The position numbers and the translations under genes were made by a program. Of a DNA stretch of 51,722 bases, positions 10,505 to 22,345 are shown piece by piece (positions within the stretch are counted from its first letter, which is position 1; each line of letters opens with the position of its first letter). The stretch comes from a virus (Duplodnaviria > Heunggongvirae > Uroviricota > Caudoviricetes). The notes under the pieces are model-generated. The model had not been told where the DNA came from, ran no database searches, and saw only the letters and a list, made by a program, of their open reading frames with translations. Location of the stretch: IMG/VR virus record IMGVR_UViG_2579778650_000023, one strand, 5' to 3'.

Positions 10505-11753
10505 TCTTCATGTCCTTTGGCAAGCGAGTGCCATTACCTTCCTGCAATGCCAAAGCGGCCTCAAACCCTTTTTGCTGAATGAAACGCTTGTTGTAAGTCG
10601 CTGCAGTTCCCGAACCATCTCTCCAACCCATTAAGTAAGAACGGAGCTGCTCTTGGCGTTCCTCGCTGACTTGCTCATTCATGGCATCCATTCTTTCTGA
10701 AAACTTTCGATTCCATGTATGGCGGAACGAATGCCCTGTCGCTGCATACAATTGTGGTGATACAGCCCTGACCACGGAAAAGATTTTATGATATCCCCCT
10801 TTAGAGATAGGGTTTCCAACTGTTGGCCCTAGCTTATAAGTGACAAAGAGGTAGTCATTTTTCTTTGCATTTCGGACTTTCCGGCGATCTTGGATGATAT
10901 AACTATGTAGTTCTTGAACTAGGGATTCAGCCAATGGCAAGAGCCGGTCTCTCGTTTTAGCATGGGGCTGATTGGTTCTAGAATCAGCTAGCTCATCTGC
11001 TCGCCTAAATATACGGATCCTGTTAGTACTAAAATCAATATCTTGTATTCTGATGTTTAACAATTCCCCACCTCGAATACCAAGATAAAACAGAAGTAAG
11101 ATCATCAGCCGATTGCGACGCTGAACATCTATTGAGAAAGGATTTAAATCTGATCCCGGCTTGATAACTTCAAATAGCGTATCCAATTGCACATCATTCA
11201 ATGACCTGTCTTGCCATTCACTGTTTCTGCGCTTTTTCGACGGTCGACGTATCTTTATGTGCTGCAACATTTCATTGATCTGTTCGACAACGCCCGGTTC
11301 TGCCGTCTTTAAAATATGCATTGCATACCAACCTAAATATTTGGCATATGTTGTCAGCCGGGAATGCAATGTTCCGTTATCAACAGTATCGCTACTCGCA
11401 TCTTCCAACCAAGGTGTAGAAGAAGCAACTAACAGCTTCTTTCCCTGCTTGCGCTGAGCAAAATCCCGCAGATCGTCCAGTTCGTAAGGTTTGAAGAAAT
11501 TTTTGGTCAAAAATCGCTGTTCTAGGTCAATGCCACGATTATCTAAGAAGCGTAGCAGCACAACAAGGTTGCTAGCTGCTGCTAGCATAGTTGAAAAAGC
11601 ATCCCCTCTGTTGCGGATTTGGGTTGTTAAAAAAAGAGTCGGGTAATACACGGGAAGGCAAGAAGAACGATCCACCACCATGCAGTATCGCTCGCCACTG
11701 TCCATGACAAATGTTGTAACCTTGTAGTTATCCTTCATGTGCCCATACCCCAT
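10491..11753 (-). CDS. Tyrosine recombinase/integrase (first of trio, about 415-420 aa)
   Basis: LGIRGGELLNIRIQDID (box I Arg) and GHSFRHTW (H-x-x-R) motifs, C-terminal Tyr region; true start may be the internal Met at 11738. Confidence 0.7.
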   Translation of the reverse strand: MGYGHMKDNYKVTTFVMDSGERYCMVVDRSSCLPVYYPTLFLTTQIRNRGDAFSTMLAAASNLVVLLRFLDNRGIDLEQRFLTKNFFKPYELDDLRDFAQRKQGKKLLVASSTPWLEDASSDTVDNGTLHSRLTTYAKYLGWYAMHILKTAEPGVVEQINEMLQHIKIRRPSKKRRNSEWQDRSLNDVQLDTLFEVIKPGSDLNPFSIDVQRRNRLMILLLFYLGIRGGELLNIRIQDIDFSTNRIRIFRRADELADSRTNQPHAKTRDRLLPLAESLVQELHSYIIQDRRKVRNAKKNDYLFVTYKLGPTVGNPISKGGYHKIFSVVRAVSPQLYAATGHSFRHTWNRKFSERMDAMNEQVSEERQEQLRSYLMGWRDGSGTAATYNKRFIQQKGFEAALALQEGNGTRLPKDMKNDDE

Positions 11754-11828
11754 ACACTTTACATAATTGCAAGGTACACAGTATGTTAGGAAGATATCAA
11801 TTACGATTTGACACTTTTGAGACGCGGC

Positions 11829-11857
11829 AAATAAAAAGCCCCTGTATTAACAGGGGC
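11829..11857 (-). terminator. ssb rho-independent terminator
   Basis: Hairpin GCCCCTG-ttaata-CAGGGGC followed by TTTTTATTT on the minus strand, immediately downstream of ssb. Confidence 0.75.
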
Positions 11858-11896
11858 CTGATAGATAATTAATTACATAAACGTCTTAGGTAAATC

Positions 11897-12433
11897 CTAG
11901 AACGGAATGTCATCATCAAAGTCCATCGGCGGCTCGTTAGACGGCGCTGCCGGAGCGGACTGCTGCGGGCGAGACTGCGCGCCGCCGCTGAACTGATTGC
12001 CACCCTGCGGCTGCTGAGGCTGACCCCAACCGCCCTGCGGCTGACCACCACCGATATTACCACCTGCCGGAGCGCCACCACCCTGACGACCACCCAGCAT
12101 CTGCATGGTGCCGCCAACGTTCACCACGACTTCTGTGGTGTAGCGATCCTGGCCGGATTGATCGGTCCATTTGCGGGTACGCAGCTGACCTTCGATATAA
12201 ACCTGAGAACCTTTACGCAGATATTCGCTGGCCACTTCTGCCAGTTTGCCGAACAGCACAACGCGGTGCCATTCAGTCTGTTCTTTCATCTCGCCGGTCG
12301 CTTTATCACGCCAGGATTCGGAAGTAGCCAGCGTAATGTTGGCAACTGCGCCACCATTTGGCATGTAGCGTACTTCCGGGTCCTGACCCAGATTACCAAC
12401 GAGAATAACCTTGTTTACGCCTCTGCTGGCCAT
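11897..12433 (-). CDS. ssb: Single-stranded DNA-binding protein SSB (178 aa)
   Basis: Translation [39 protein letters not shown]... with Gly/Gln-rich tail and C-terminal DFDDDIPF, characteristic of enterobacterial SSB; the true start is internal to the longer six-frame ORF. Confidence 0.95.
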   Translation of the reverse strand: MASRGVNKVILVGNLGQDPEVRYMPNGGAVANITLATSESWRDKATGEMKEQTEWHRVVLFGKLAEVASEYLRKGSQVYIEGQLRTRKWTDQSGQDRYTTEVVVNVGGTMQMLGGRQGGGAPAGGNIGGGQPQGGWGQPQQPQGGNQFSGGAQSRPQQSAPAAPSNEPPMDFDDDIPF

Positions 12434-12583
12434 GTTCGTGTCTCCTGAAAAAAATCGTTCTGAATAAGTGTAAACGCGCGATTGTACCATTACCAATAGC
12501 GCTTTTACTATGTTGTGACCTCGGTTCCGGGAAACAAACCTGGCCAGACATTGTTACACAACACTCCGGATAATGCATTCCAA

Positions 12584-12603
12584 TACTGTATATTCATTCA
12601 GGT
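12584..12603. promoter_or_regulatory. LexA (SOS) box in the divergent ssb-uvrA control region
   Basis: TACTGTATATTCATTCAGGT (CTGT-N8 with a degenerate right half) between the divergent ssb and uvrA starts; matches the known uvrA operator. Confidence 0.8.
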
Positions 12604-12686
12604 CAATTTGTGTCATAATTAACCGTTTGTGATCGCCGGTAGCACCATGCCACCGGGCAAAAAAGCGTTTAATCCGGGAAAGGTGA

Positions 12687-15509
12687 ATGGATAAGATCGA
12701 AGTTCGGGGCGCCCGCACCCATAATCTCAAAAACATCAACCTCGTTATCCCCCGCGACAAGCTCATTGTCGTGACCGGGCTTTCGGGTTCTGGCAAATCC
12801 TCGCTCGCTTTCGACACCTTATATGCCGAAGGGCAGCGCCGTTACGTTGAATCCCTTTCCGCCTACGCGCGGCAGTTTCTGTCACTGATGGAAAAGCCGG
12901 ACGTCGATCATATTGAGGGGCTTTCTCCTGCCATCTCAATTGAGCAGAAATCGACGTCTCATAACCCGCGTTCTACGGTGGGGACAATCACCGAAATCCA
13001 CGACTATTTGCGTTTGTTGTTCGCCCGCGTCGGCGAACCGCGCTGTCCGGACCACGACGTCCCGCTGGCGGCGCAAACCGTCAGCCAGATGGTGGATAAC
13101 GTGCTGTCGCAGCCGGAAGGCAAGCGTCTGATGCTACTCGCGCCAATCATTAAAGAGCGCAAAGGCGAACACACCAAAACGCTGGAGAACCTGGCAAGCC
13201 AGGGTTACATCCGTGCTCGTATTGATGGCGAAGTCTGCGATCTTTCCGATCCGCCGAAACTGGAACTGCAAAAGAAACACACTATTGAAGTGGTGGTTGA
13301 TCGCTTCAAGGTGCGTGACGATCTTACCCAACGTCTTGCGGAGTCGTTTGAAACCGCGCTGGAGCTTTCCGGTGGTACAGCGGTAGTGGCGGATATGGAC
13401 GACCCGAAAGCGGAAGAGCTGCTGTTCTCCGCCAACTTCGCCTGCCCAATTTGCGGCTACAGTATGCGTGAACTGGAGCCGCGACTGTTTTCGTTTAACA
13501 ACCCGGCAGGTGCCTGCCCAACCTGTGACGGCCTTGGCGTACAGCAATATTTCGATCCTGACCGCGTGATCCAAAACCCCGAGCTGTCACTGGCTGGCGG
13601 TGCGATCCGTGGCTGGGATCGCCGCAACTTCTATTACTTCCAGATGCTGAAATCGCTGGCAGATCACTATAAGTTCGACGTCGAAGCGCCGTGGGGCAGC
13701 CTGAGCGCGAACGTGCATAAAGTGGTGTTGTACGGTTCTGGCAAAGAAAACATTGAATTCAAATACATGAACGATCGTGGCGATACCTCCATCCGTCGTC
13801 ATCCGTTCGAAGGCGTGCTGCACAATATGGAGCGCCGTTATAAAGAGACAGAATCCAGTGCGGTACGTGAAGAATTAGCCAAGTTTATCAGCAATCGCCC
13901 ATGCGCCAGCTGCGAAGGGACGCGTCTGCGTCGGGAAGCGCGCCACGTTTATGTCGAGAATACGCCGCTGCCTGCTATCTCCGACATGAGCATCGGTCAT
14001 GCGATGGAATTCTTCAACAATCTCAAACTAGCTGGTCAGCGGGCGAAGATTGCAGAAAAAATCCTTAAAGAGATCGGCGATCGTCTGAAATTCCTCGTTA
14101 ACGTCGGCCTGAATTACCTGACACTTTCCCGCTCGGCAGAAACACTTTCCGGCGGTGAAGCCCAGCGTATCCGTCTGGCGAGCCAGATTGGTGCGGGCCT
14201 GGTTGGCGTTATGTATGTACTGGACGAGCCGTCTATCGGCCTGCACCAGCGCGATAACGAGCGCCTGTTGGGTACGCTTATCCATCTGCGCGATCTCGGT
14301 AATACCGTGATTGTGGTGGAGCATGACGAAGACGCAATTCGCGCCGCTGACCATGTGATCGATATCGGTCCTGGTGCGGGTGTTCACGGCGGTGAAGTGG
14401 TCGCGGAAGGTCCACTGGAAGCGATTATGGCGGTGCCGGAGTCGTTAACCGGACAGTACATGAGCGGTAAACGCAAGATTGAAGTGCCGAAGAAACGCGT
14501 TCCGGCAAATCCGGAAAAAGTGCTGAAGCTGACAGGCGCACGCGGCAACAACCTGAAGGACGTGACGCTCACGCTGCCAGTCGGTCTGTTTACCTGCATC
14601 ACAGGGGTTTCAGGTTCCGGTAAATCGACGCTGATTAACGACACACTGTTCCCGATTGCCCAACGCCAGTTGAATGGTGCGACCATCGCCGAACCGGCAC
14701 CGTATCGCGATATTCAGGGGCTGGAGCATTTCGATAAAGTGATCGATATCGACCAAAGCCCAATTGGTCGTACTCCACGTTCTAACCCGGCGACCTATAC
14801 CGGCGTGTTTACGCCTGTGCGCGAACTGTTTGCGGGCGTACCGGAATCCCGTGCGCGTGGTTATACGCCAGGACGTTTCAGCTTTAACGTCCGTGGCGGG
14901 CGCTGCGAAGCCTGTCAGGGCGACGGTGTGATCAAAGTAGAGATGCACTTCCTGCCGGATATCTACGTGCCGTGCGATCAGTGTAAAGGTAAACGCTATA
15001 ACCGTGAAACGCTGGAAATTAAGTACAAAGGCAAAACCATCCACGAAGTGCTGGATATGACCATCGAAGAGGCGCGTGAGTTCTTTGATGCCGTACCTGC
15101 ACTGGCGCGTAAGCTGCAAACGTTGATGGACGTTGGCCTGACGTACATTCGCCTGGGGCAGTCCGCAACCACACTTTCTGGTGGTGAAGCCCAGCGCGTG
15201 AAGCTGGCGCGTGAGCTGTCAAAACGCGGCACCGGGCAGACGCTGTATATTCTCGACGAGCCGACCACCGGTCTGCACTTCGCCGATATTCAGCAACTGC
15301 TCGACGTACTGCATAAACTGCGCGATCAGGGCAACACCATTGTGGTGATTGAGCACAATCTCGACGTGATCAAAACCGCTGACTGGATTGTCGACCTGGG
15401 ACCAGAAGGCGGCAGTGGCGGCGGCGAAATCCTCGTCTCCGGTACGCCAGAAACCGTCGCGGAGTGCGAAGCATCACACACGGCACGCTTCCTCAAGCCG
15501 ATGCTGTAA
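12687..15509 (+). CDS. uvrA: Excinuclease ABC subunit A (940 aa)
   Basis: [19 protein letters not shown]..., two ABC ATPase modules ([18 protein letters not shown]; LSGGEAQR signatures), zinc-finger Cys clusters. Confidence 0.97.
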   Translation: MDKIEVRGARTHNLKNINLVIPRDKLIVVTGLSGSGKSSLAFDTLYAEGQRRYVESLSAYARQFLSLMEKPDVDHIEGLSPAISIEQKSTSHNPRSTVGTITEIHDYLRLLFARVGEPRCPDHDVPLAAQTVSQMVDNVLSQPEGKRLMLLAPIIKERKGEHTKTLENLASQGYIRARIDGEVCDLSDPPKLELQKKHTIEVVVDRFKVRDDLTQRLAESFETALELSGGTAVVADMDDPKAEELLFSANFACPICGYSMRELEPRLFSFNNPAGACPTCDGLGVQQYFDPDRVIQNPELSLAGGAIRGWDRRNFYYFQMLKSLADHYKFDVEAPWGSLSANVHKVVLYGSGKENIEFKYMNDRGDTSIRRHPFEGVLHNMERRYKETESSAVREELAKFISNRPCASCEGTRLRREARHVYVENTPLPAISDMSIGHAMEFFNNLKLAGQRAKIAEKILKEIGDRLKFLVNVGLNYLTLSRSAETLSGGEAQRIRLASQIGAGLVGVMYVLDEPSIGLHQRDNERLLGTLIHLRDLGNTVIVVEHDEDAIRAADHVIDIGPGAGVHGGEVVAEGPLEAIMAVPESLTGQYMSGKRKIEVPKKRVPANPEKVLKLTGARGNNLKDVTLTLPVGLFTCITGVSGSGKSTLINDTLFPIAQRQLNGATIAEPAPYRDIQGLEHFDKVIDIDQSPIGRTPRSNPATYTGVFTPVRELFAGVPESRARGYTPGRFSFNVRGGRCEACQGDGVIKVEMHFLPDIYVPCDQCKGKRYNRETLEIKYKGKTIHEVLDMTIEEAREFFDAVPALARKLQTLMDVGLTYIRLGQSATTLSGGEAQRVKLARELSKRGTGQTLYILDEPTTGLHFADIQQLLDVLHKLRDQGNTIVVIEHNLDVIKTADWIVDLGPEGGSGGGEILVSGTPETVAECEASHTARFLKPML

Positions 15510-15514
15510 TCGTT

Positions 15515-15545
15515 AAGGCCGCTTTCTGAGCGGCCTTTTCCTTTC
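15515..15545. terminator. Bidirectional rho-independent terminator between convergent uvrA and yjbR
   Basis: AAGGCCGC-tttctga-GCGGCCTT followed by TTCCTTT. Confidence 0.7.
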
Positions 15546-15900
15546 AGAGTTGTACCAGCAATTTACGCTTTTCTTCCGGTAGTAAATTCACTGCCTGCTG
15601 ATAAGACGCATCCACCAGATAATAGATTTGCGAATCCGGCAGCGAACCGTCGAGATACACGGTGCTCCAGTGCGCTTTATTCAGATGGCGGCTAGGACGC
15701 ACATCGCTGTGCTGCTGACGTAGCAGCTCCGCCAGCTCCGGGCTGGTTTTCAGCGAAACAGCTGGGCGATTTTCTACTTCTTTCACCATCGCAAACAGTA
15801 CATCTTCCACTTTGATCTGCGTCGCTTTCCAGTCGTTATGCACGCTCTGTTCTGCGCCTGGTTTTGCCATGCAATATTGTAGCAACTCCGAAATGGTCAT
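15544..15900 (-). CDS. yjbR: YjbR family protein (118 aa)
   Basis: Translation MTISELLQYCMAKPGAEQSVHNDWKATQIKV... and conserved position next to uvrA. Confidence 0.85.
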   Translation of the reverse strand: MTISELLQYCMAKPGAEQSVHNDWKATQIKVEDVLFAMVKEVENRPAVSLKTSPELAELLRQQHSDVRPSRHLNKAHWSTVYLDGSLPDSQIYYLVDASYQQAVNLLPEEKRKLLVQL

Positions 15901-15903
15901 TTT

Positions 15904-16320
15904 TTACTCCCCTTGTAGTGTCGCGATGATGCGACGCGATCCGCCGTGGATGCGATGTTCCCCCAGCCAGATGCCTTGCCAGGTGCCGGTCTGAATACGC
16001 CCTTTATGTACCGGCAATACAAGCGATGTTCCCAGCATTGAGGATTTGATATGAGAAGGCATATCGTCTGCTCCCTCATAGTCATGCTCATAATTTCCGT
16101 TGTCGGGAACGGTGCGGAGGAAAAAACGCTCCATGTCGTGGCGTACGGTGGGATCGCAGTTCTCATTAAGTGTCAGAGAGGCGGAGGTATGTTGCAGCAA
16201 CAGATGCAGTAAGCCGATGTTAACGCGCGGCATATCAGCCAGCTGATTCAGAATTTCATCCGTTACCAGATGAAACCCACGAGATTTGGCGCTAAGCGTG
16301 AGCGTCTTTTGATACCACAT
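15904..16320 (-). CDS. yjbQ: YjbQ/UPF0047 family protein (138 aa)
   Basis: Translation [23 protein letters not shown]...; conserved gene order. Confidence 0.85.
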
Positions 16321-16390
16321 GTGCTGCTCCTTGATAAAACTCTCTTAATCAGTTTGCAGCAAGACAGCGAAAGGATAAAGGTGTGATTAA

Positions 16391-16425
16391 AAAAACAGCA
16401 TTCGGGAGAGCGTCACGCTCTCCCG
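16391..16425 (-). terminator. Putative terminator downstream of aphA
   Basis: Palindrome CGGGAGAGCG-tca-CGCTCTCCCG with a T7 run a few nt downstream on the minus strand. Confidence 0.5.
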
Positions 16426-16430
16426 CTCTG

Positions 16431-17348
<918 letters not shown>

Positions 17349-17544
17349 TTAATTTTACGTTTATTATGATGAATCCTCGGCAAATGAGCGAAATTTGATA
17401 GAACATTTATCTGCTGTACGATTTAATGAACTTAATGATACAGCATTACAAAAACAATCGAAGTTTATAAAGATGATTTCTGATTGACCAGCCCCCTACC
17501 CTACAATGGTGATTAATTTTATTACTCGCGATGGAGATGATGAT

Positions 17545-18048
17545 ATGAATATATCATATGTGAATAGCAACAAAACGACATCTTTACCTGTTGAGCTAGA
17601 TGCACTAAATAATAAAGATATCTCTTATGCCAAAGATTTTTCTTATGCCAAAGATTTCTTTTTATACATAGAAACACAGTTAAAAATTGCAAAAGATTTT
17701 TGTAGACCTGGAGAAGAAGTATCAAGTTCTATTGCAAGTAAAGTTTTTCACGCATTTATTGATTTAGTTAACAAAATCAGGGGTAAGAAAGACTTTATGT
17801 ATATTTGCACGCTTTGCTGTTTTGCCGAGGAGGTTAAAGGTGATTATTCTCATTACAGGACCTTTTTATTTGATATTGGTAATCAATATAAGGTTAAACT
17901 TACACAAAGCGGAAAAAAAGAGCTCTCTTTAACTTTAGAATTTAACGATACTATAATTGAATCTCAGAAAGTCACAGGCAATAAGGCAAAGCATATTCTT
18001 GAGGATATAGAAAAATTCTATCGTAACAAACCCGATACTTATTATTAA
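17545..18048 (+). CDS. AT-rich hypothetical protein at the yjbS position between aphA and tyrB (about 167 aa)
   Basis: ORF on the opposite strand to its neighbours; GGAG Shine-Dalgarno before ATG 17545 (the six-frame ORF starts at 17506); AT-rich with an upstream AT-rich region; contains an in-frame 18-bp tandem duplication. Confidence 0.55.
   Translation: MNISYVNSNKTTSLPVELDALNNKDISYAKDFSYAKDFFLYIETQLKIAKDFCRPGEEVSSSIASKVFHAFIDLVNKIRGKKDFMYICTLCCFAEEVKGDYSHYRTFLFDIGNQYKVKLTQSGKKELSLTLEFNDTIIESQKVTGNKAKHILEDIEKFYRNKPDTYY
17623..17658 (+). repeat. In-frame 18-bp tandem direct repeat (2 copies, 17/18 identical) inside the hypothetical ORF
   Basis: tcttatgccaaagatttt / tcttatgccaaagatttc, encoding SYAKDF twice. 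Confidence 0.9.
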
Positions 18049-18269
18049 ATTTAATAATAGTTAGATGTGCAGAAATTATTACTCCACCCAAAAAAACAGG
18101 ATAAGGAATTCCAGATAATTAGGATAAGCTTAACAATAAAAGAACTAATAACGTTTATTATCTCTCACGTAGAACGATGGCATCAAAAAAATCATCTATA
18201 AAGAAAGAGTGAAAGCGACGACAGTTTAATTTCACTGCAGGCTGGGTAGCTCCAGCCTGCTTTCCTGCA

Positions 18270-19463
18270 TTACATCACCGCAGCAAACGCCTTTGCCACA
18301 CGTTGTACATTTGCCGTATTTAACCCGGCGACACACATGCGACCGCTGGCGATGAGATAGACACCAAATTCTTCACGTAGTCGGTCAACCTGAGCGGCAC
18401 TTAAACCGGTATAACTGAACATGCCGCGCTGATTAAGCAGATAATCGAAATTGCGTTCTGGCATCTCTGTGCTTAATACCTTCACCAATTCCTGACGCAT
18501 TGCCAGAATGCGAGTACGCATCTCTTCTACTTCCGCCAGCCAGCTGGCTTTCAATGCCTCGTCATTCAGCACTGCAGCCACCACCTGCGCACCAAAATTC
18601 GGCGGGCTGGAGTAGTTGCGGCGAACTGTTGCTTTCAATTGCCCCAGTACGCGGCCAGCGGCTTCGGCATCTTCACACAGAACAGAAAGTCCGCCGACGC
18701 GCTCGCCGTAAAGGGAGAAAATTTTCGAGAACGAATTGCTCACCAGAGCGGGTAATCCAGCGCTGGCAATGGCGCGAATAGCGTAGGCATCCTCTTCCAT
18801 ACCGGCACCAAATCCTTGATAGGCAATATCGAGGAATGGAATAAGCTCGCGGGCTTTGAGAATTTCAATCACCGCATCCCACTGATCATTAGTGAGATCG
18901 GCACCCGTTGGGTTGTGGCAACATGGATGCAGCAACACAATACTGCGGGCAGGTAATGTTTTCAGCGTCGCCAACAGGTCATTAAAGCGCACGCCGTTAG
19001 TCGCTTCGTCATACCAGGGGTAAGTACTCACTTCGAATCCAGCCCCGGCGAATATTGCTACGTGGTTTTCCCAGGTAGGATCGCTGACCCAGACGCCTGA
19101 TTCCGGGAAGTAGCGTTTCAGGAAATCCGCGCCCACTTTCAATGCCCCTGAGCCGCCAAGGGTTTGAATGGTTGCTACGCGCTGTTGTTGCAGTACTGGA
19201 TGGTCCGCACCAAACAGCAGCGGCGCAATGGCATGGCGATAGCTGTTAAGCCCTTCCATCGGTAAATAAAGCGAAGCGCCATGAGGCTGCGCATTCAGGC
19301 GCGCTTCCGCCTCCGCCACGGCTTGCAGTTGTGGAATAATTCCGTCTTCGTTGTAGTACAGACCGATACTTAAATTCACTTTGTCGCTGCGAGGGTCTTC
19401 TTTAAAACGCTCCATAAGCGTAAGAATCGGGTCGCCAGCGTAGGCGTCAACTTTTTGAAACAC
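18270..19463 (-). CDS. tyrB: Aromatic-amino-acid aminotransferase TyrB (397 aa, GTG start)
   Basis: [25 protein letters not shown]... and PLP-aminotransferase motifs ([16 protein letters not shown]); the six-frame ORF extends 14 codons upstream of the expected start. Confidence 0.93.
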   Translation of the reverse strand: MFQKVDAYAGDPILTLMERFKEDPRSDKVNLSIGLYYNEDGIIPQLQAVAEAEARLNAQPHGASLYLPMEGLNSYRHAIAPLLFGADHPVLQQQRVATIQTLGGSGALKVGADFLKRYFPESGVWVSDPTWENHVAIFAGAGFEVSTYPWYDEATNGVRFNDLLATLKTLPARSIVLLHPCCHNPTGADLTNDQWDAVIEILKARELIPFLDIAYQGFGAGMEEDAYAIRAIASAGLPALVSNSFSKIFSLYGERVGGLSVLCEDAEAAGRVLGQLKATVRRNYSSPPNFGAQVVAAVLNDEALKASWLAEVEEMRTRILAMRQELVKVLSTEMPERNFDYLLNQRGMFSYTGLSAAQVDRLREEFGVYLIASGRMCVAGLNTANVQRVAKAFAAVM

Positions 19464-19658
19464 GCGATGGTTCTCCAGGTTTACGGGCAGGTGGTTAAAA
19501 CACAATAAACCGGAAGAAGGCGAAGATCGAGTGGATGTTCAGGAGCGAACGGCAATTAGCAACAGAGTGAGACTCATGACAAACGTACATCCGCCAGAGG
19601 CACGACCTTTATAAGAGCATGAAAGAACATCAACTTATTGAATTTTTAGGATTTTATT

Positions 19659-19689
19659 GGCCGGATAAGGCATTCACGCCGCATCCGGC
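19659..19689. repeat. REP (repetitive extragenic palindromic) element between alr and tyrB
   Basis: GGCCGGATAAGGCATTCACGCCGCATCCGGC, a typical E. coli REP sequence. Confidence 0.8.
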
Positions 19690-19715
19690 ACAGACAATCA
19701 AATATTACAGAACGA

Positions 19716-20795
19716 TTAATCCACGTATTTCATCGCGACCCTTGAAGTCAGGCGCGTAATAAGTTCGTAAGCGCTTACTTTCGTCATTTCAGCGATACGT
19801 TCTACGGGCAAACCTTCGCCCCATAAAATGACCGGATCCCCGGCTTTGTCCTGCGCTTGTGGACCTAAGTCTACGCAGATCATATCCATCGCCACGCGCC
19901 CGACAATCGGTACTTCGCGACCGTTCACCAGCACTGGCGTACCGGACGGCGCGGCGCGCGGATAACCATCGCCATAGCCCATCGCGACTACGCCAAGACG
20001 GGTATCACGTTCGCTTACCCAGGTTCCACCATAACCAACAGGTTCTCCGGCTTTATGCTCACGCACGGCAATCAGGCTGGAGGTTAGTGACATCACTGGC
20101 TGACAGCCAAAATCGGCACCGGTGGAGCGATCTTCCAGCGGCGAGACGCCATAAAGAATGATGCCCGGGCGCACCCAGTCAAAATGCGACTGTGGCCACA
20201 GCAGAATGCCACCCGATGCGGCAATGGAACGTTGACCAGGTTTGCCTTCGCAAAAGGTATTAAAGATAGCGAGTTGTTTCTCGGTTGCGCCACATTTTGG
20301 TTCATCCGCGCGCGCAAAATGGCTGACGATATTCACCGGCTGACGAACGTTTTTGCACTGGGTCAGGCGATGATAAAACGCCTCAGCCTGTTCCGGCCTT
20401 ACGCCCAGACGGTGCATACCGGTATCGAGTTTCATCCAGACGGTAACCGGCTCGTCCAGGCTAGCCTCTTCCAGCGCAGCCAGCTGTTCTTCGTTATGCA
20501 CGGCGGTATGAAAATGTTGCGCAGAAATCGTCGGCAGATCTCTGGCATCAAAAAAGCCTTCGAGTAACAGTACAGGTTTGATGATTCCCCCCGCACGCAG
20601 TCGCAGAGCTTCTTCGAGACGGGCTACGCCAAAGGCGTCAGCATCGGGGAGCGTTCGCGCGGTCTCAAGAAGACCGTGACCATAAGCGTTCGCTTTCACC
20701 ACCGCAACCATTTTACTGGCAGGGGCCAGTTCACGAAGACGTTGCAGGTTGTGTCGCAGAGCGCGGCGGTTAATCACAACAGTTGCCGCTTGCAT
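19716..20795 (-). CDS. alr: Alanine racemase, biosynthetic (359 aa)
   Basis: [41 protein letters not shown] (PLP-binding Lys in [10 protein letters not shown]). Confidence 0.95.
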   Translation of the reverse strand: MQAATVVINRRALRHNLQRLRELAPASKMVAVVKANAYGHGLLETARTLPDADAFGVARLEEALRLRAGGIIKPVLLLEGFFDARDLPTISAQHFHTAVHNEEQLAALEEASLDEPVTVWMKLDTGMHRLGVRPEQAEAFYHRLTQCKNVRQPVNIVSHFARADEPKCGATEKQLAIFNTFCEGKPGQRSIAASGGILLWPQSHFDWVRPGIILYGVSPLEDRSTGADFGCQPVMSLTSSLIAVREHKAGEPVGYGGTWVSERDTRLGVVAMGYGDGYPRAAPSGTPVLVNGREVPIVGRVAMDMICVDLGPQAQDKAGDPVILWGEGLPVERIAEMTKVSAYELITRLTSRVAMKYVD

Positions 20796-20847
20796 TTGTG
20801 TTCCTTGATAAGTGTTTGCTTTAATTACCTAATTCATAAAATAATTA

Positions 20848-22263
20848 TTATTCGTCGTCGTACTGCGGCCCCGCATAGTTGTCGAAGCGCGACCATTGAC
20901 CGTTAAAGGTCAGGCGTACCGTCCCGATTGGGCCGTTACGTTGTTTACCGATAATAATTTCCGCGATGCCTTTTAAATCACTGTTTTCGTGATACACCTC
21001 ATCACGATAGATAAACATGATCAAGTCCGCATCCTGCTCGATAGAGCCAGATTCACGCAGGTCGGAGTTGACCGGGCGTTTGTCGGCACGTTGTTCCAGA
21101 GAACGGTTCAACTGGGACAGCGCCACCACCGGCACGTTCAGTTCTTTCGCCAGTGCTTTCAGCGAGCGAGAGATTTCTGCAATTTCCAGCGTACGGTTAT
21201 CGGAAAGCGCCGGTACGCGCATCAGTTGCAGGTAGTCGATCATGATAAGCCCGATGCCGCCGTGTTCACGGGCAATACGGCGTGCGCGGGAACGCACTTC
21301 CGTTGGCGTCAGGCCGGAGGAGTCATCGATATAAATATTGCGTTTTTCGAGCAAAATACCCATGGTGCCGGAAATGCGCGCCCAGTCTTCATCATCGAGC
21401 TGCCCGGTACGGATTTTAGTCTGGTCAACGCGCGACAGCGACGCCAGAGAACGCATCATGATCTGTTCTGATGGCATCTCCAGCGAGAAGATAAGTACTG
21501 GTTTATCCTGCAACATCGCCGCGTTTTCGACGAGGTTCATCGCAAATGTTGTTTTACCCATCGACGGACGCGCGGCGACGATGATCAAATCCGACGGCTG
21601 CAAGCCAGCGGTTTTTTTGTTGAGATCGTCATAACCGGTGTTTACTCCGGTAACGCCATCGTGTGGCTGCTGAAACAACTGCTCAATACGCGCCACGGTT
21701 GCGTCGAGCACATCGGCGATGTTCTTCGGCCCTTCGTCTTTGTTTGCACGACTTTCGGCAATTTTAAAGACGCGGGATTCAGCAAGGTCCAGCAGATCTT
21801 CGCTGGTACGCCCCTGCGGATCAAAACCGGCTTCAGCAATCTCATTCGCAACCGAGATCATCTCACGGACAACGGCACGTTCACGCACGATGTCAGCATA
21901 AGCACTGATGTTCGCCGCACTTGGCGTATTTTTTGACAGCTCTGCCAGATAAGCAAAACCACCGACGCTATCGAGTTGCCCCTGGCGTTCCAGCGATTCC
22001 GCAAGGGTAATCAGATCGATAGGACTACCGCTTTCCTGCAAACGCGCCATTTCAGTAAAGATATGGCGGTGTGGGCGGGTGTAAAAATCGTCTGCCACCA
22101 CACGCTCGGCTACATCGTCCCAGCGTTCGTTATCCAGCATTAAACCGCCCAACACCGACTGCTCCGCTTCGATCGAGTGCGGAGGCACTTTCAGCCCGGC
22201 AACTTGTGGATCGCGTTCGCGGGGTTCAGCCTGCTGTTTGTTGAAGGGTTTATTTCCTGCCAT
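20848..22263 (-). CDS. dnaB: Replicative DNA helicase DnaB (471 aa)
   Basis: MAGNKPFNKQQAE...; Walker A ARPSMGKTTFAMNL; RecA-like helicase core. Confidence 0.97.
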   Translation of the reverse strand: MAGNKPFNKQQAEPRERDPQVAGLKVPPHSIEAEQSVLGGLMLDNERWDDVAERVVADDFYTRPHRHIFTEMARLQESGSPIDLITLAESLERQGQLDSVGGFAYLAELSKNTPSAANISAYADIVRERAVVREMISVANEIAEAGFDPQGRTSEDLLDLAESRVFKIAESRANKDEGPKNIADVLDATVARIEQLFQQPHDGVTGVNTGYDDLNKKTAGLQPSDLIIVAARPSMGKTTFAMNLVENAAMLQDKPVLIFSLEMPSEQIMMRSLASLSRVDQTKIRTGQLDDEDWARISGTMGILLEKRNIYIDDSSGLTPTEVRSRARRIAREHGGIGLIMIDYLQLMRVPALSDNRTLEIAEISRSLKALAKELNVPVVALSQLNRSLEQRADKRPVNSDLRESGSIEQDADLIMFIYRDEVYHENSDLKGIAEIIIGKQRNGPIGTVRLTFNGQWSRFDNYAGPQYDDE

Positions 22264-22345
22264 AGTGAATGGAGTTACCGAGATAAAGAATGGGTCGAAA
22301 CTTTACCATATGAAGCAGACCCTGACGATACGTTCTGGAGGACAC

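Larger units (their letters stand above)
1..11830. mobile_element. Partial integrative/mobile island (tyrosine-recombinase trio operon plus AT-rich cargo) inserted downstream of ssb; left end lies outside the window
   Basis: Three consecutive integrase-family ORFs plus AT-rich non-core cargo genes, directly abutting the ssb terminator; the core gene order resumes at ssb. Right boundary approximate. Confidence 0.5.

Noticed and set aside
11869-12578. ORFs overlapping ssb on both strands (11869-12117, 12158-12448, 12393-12578) and the N-terminal extension of the ssb ORF to 12496
   Set aside because: The SSB sequence begins at MASRGVNK (ATG 12433); the extension and overlapping frames are Arg/Ala-rich artefacts.
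12913-15268. Multiple ORFs of 67-169 aa inside and antisense or out of frame to uvrA (for example 13134-13574, 14610-15119, 14996-15268)
   Set aside because: They fall entirely within the well-supported uvrA coding region, have no start signals and unremarkable translations; typical six-frame noise in GC-rich coding DNA.
17506-17544. Upstream ATG of the yjbS-locus ORF
   Set aside because: No Shine-Dalgarno; the ATG at 17545 is preceded by GGAG at proper spacing.
18237-18260. Palindrome GCAGGCTGG-agctac-CCAGCCTGC just downstream of tyrB as a terminator
   Set aside because: Good stem but no T tract on the strand that would terminate tyrB; left uncalled.
19464-19505. Upstream extension of the tyrB ORF ([14 protein letters not shown])
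   Set aside because: TyrB is expected to start at the Val/GTG codon giving MFQKVDAY (397 aa); the extension has no support.
21017-21936. Plus-strand ORFs within dnaB (20989-21471, 21338-21634, 21661-21936)
   Set aside because: Antisense to the well-supported dnaB coding sequence; composition-driven artefacts.
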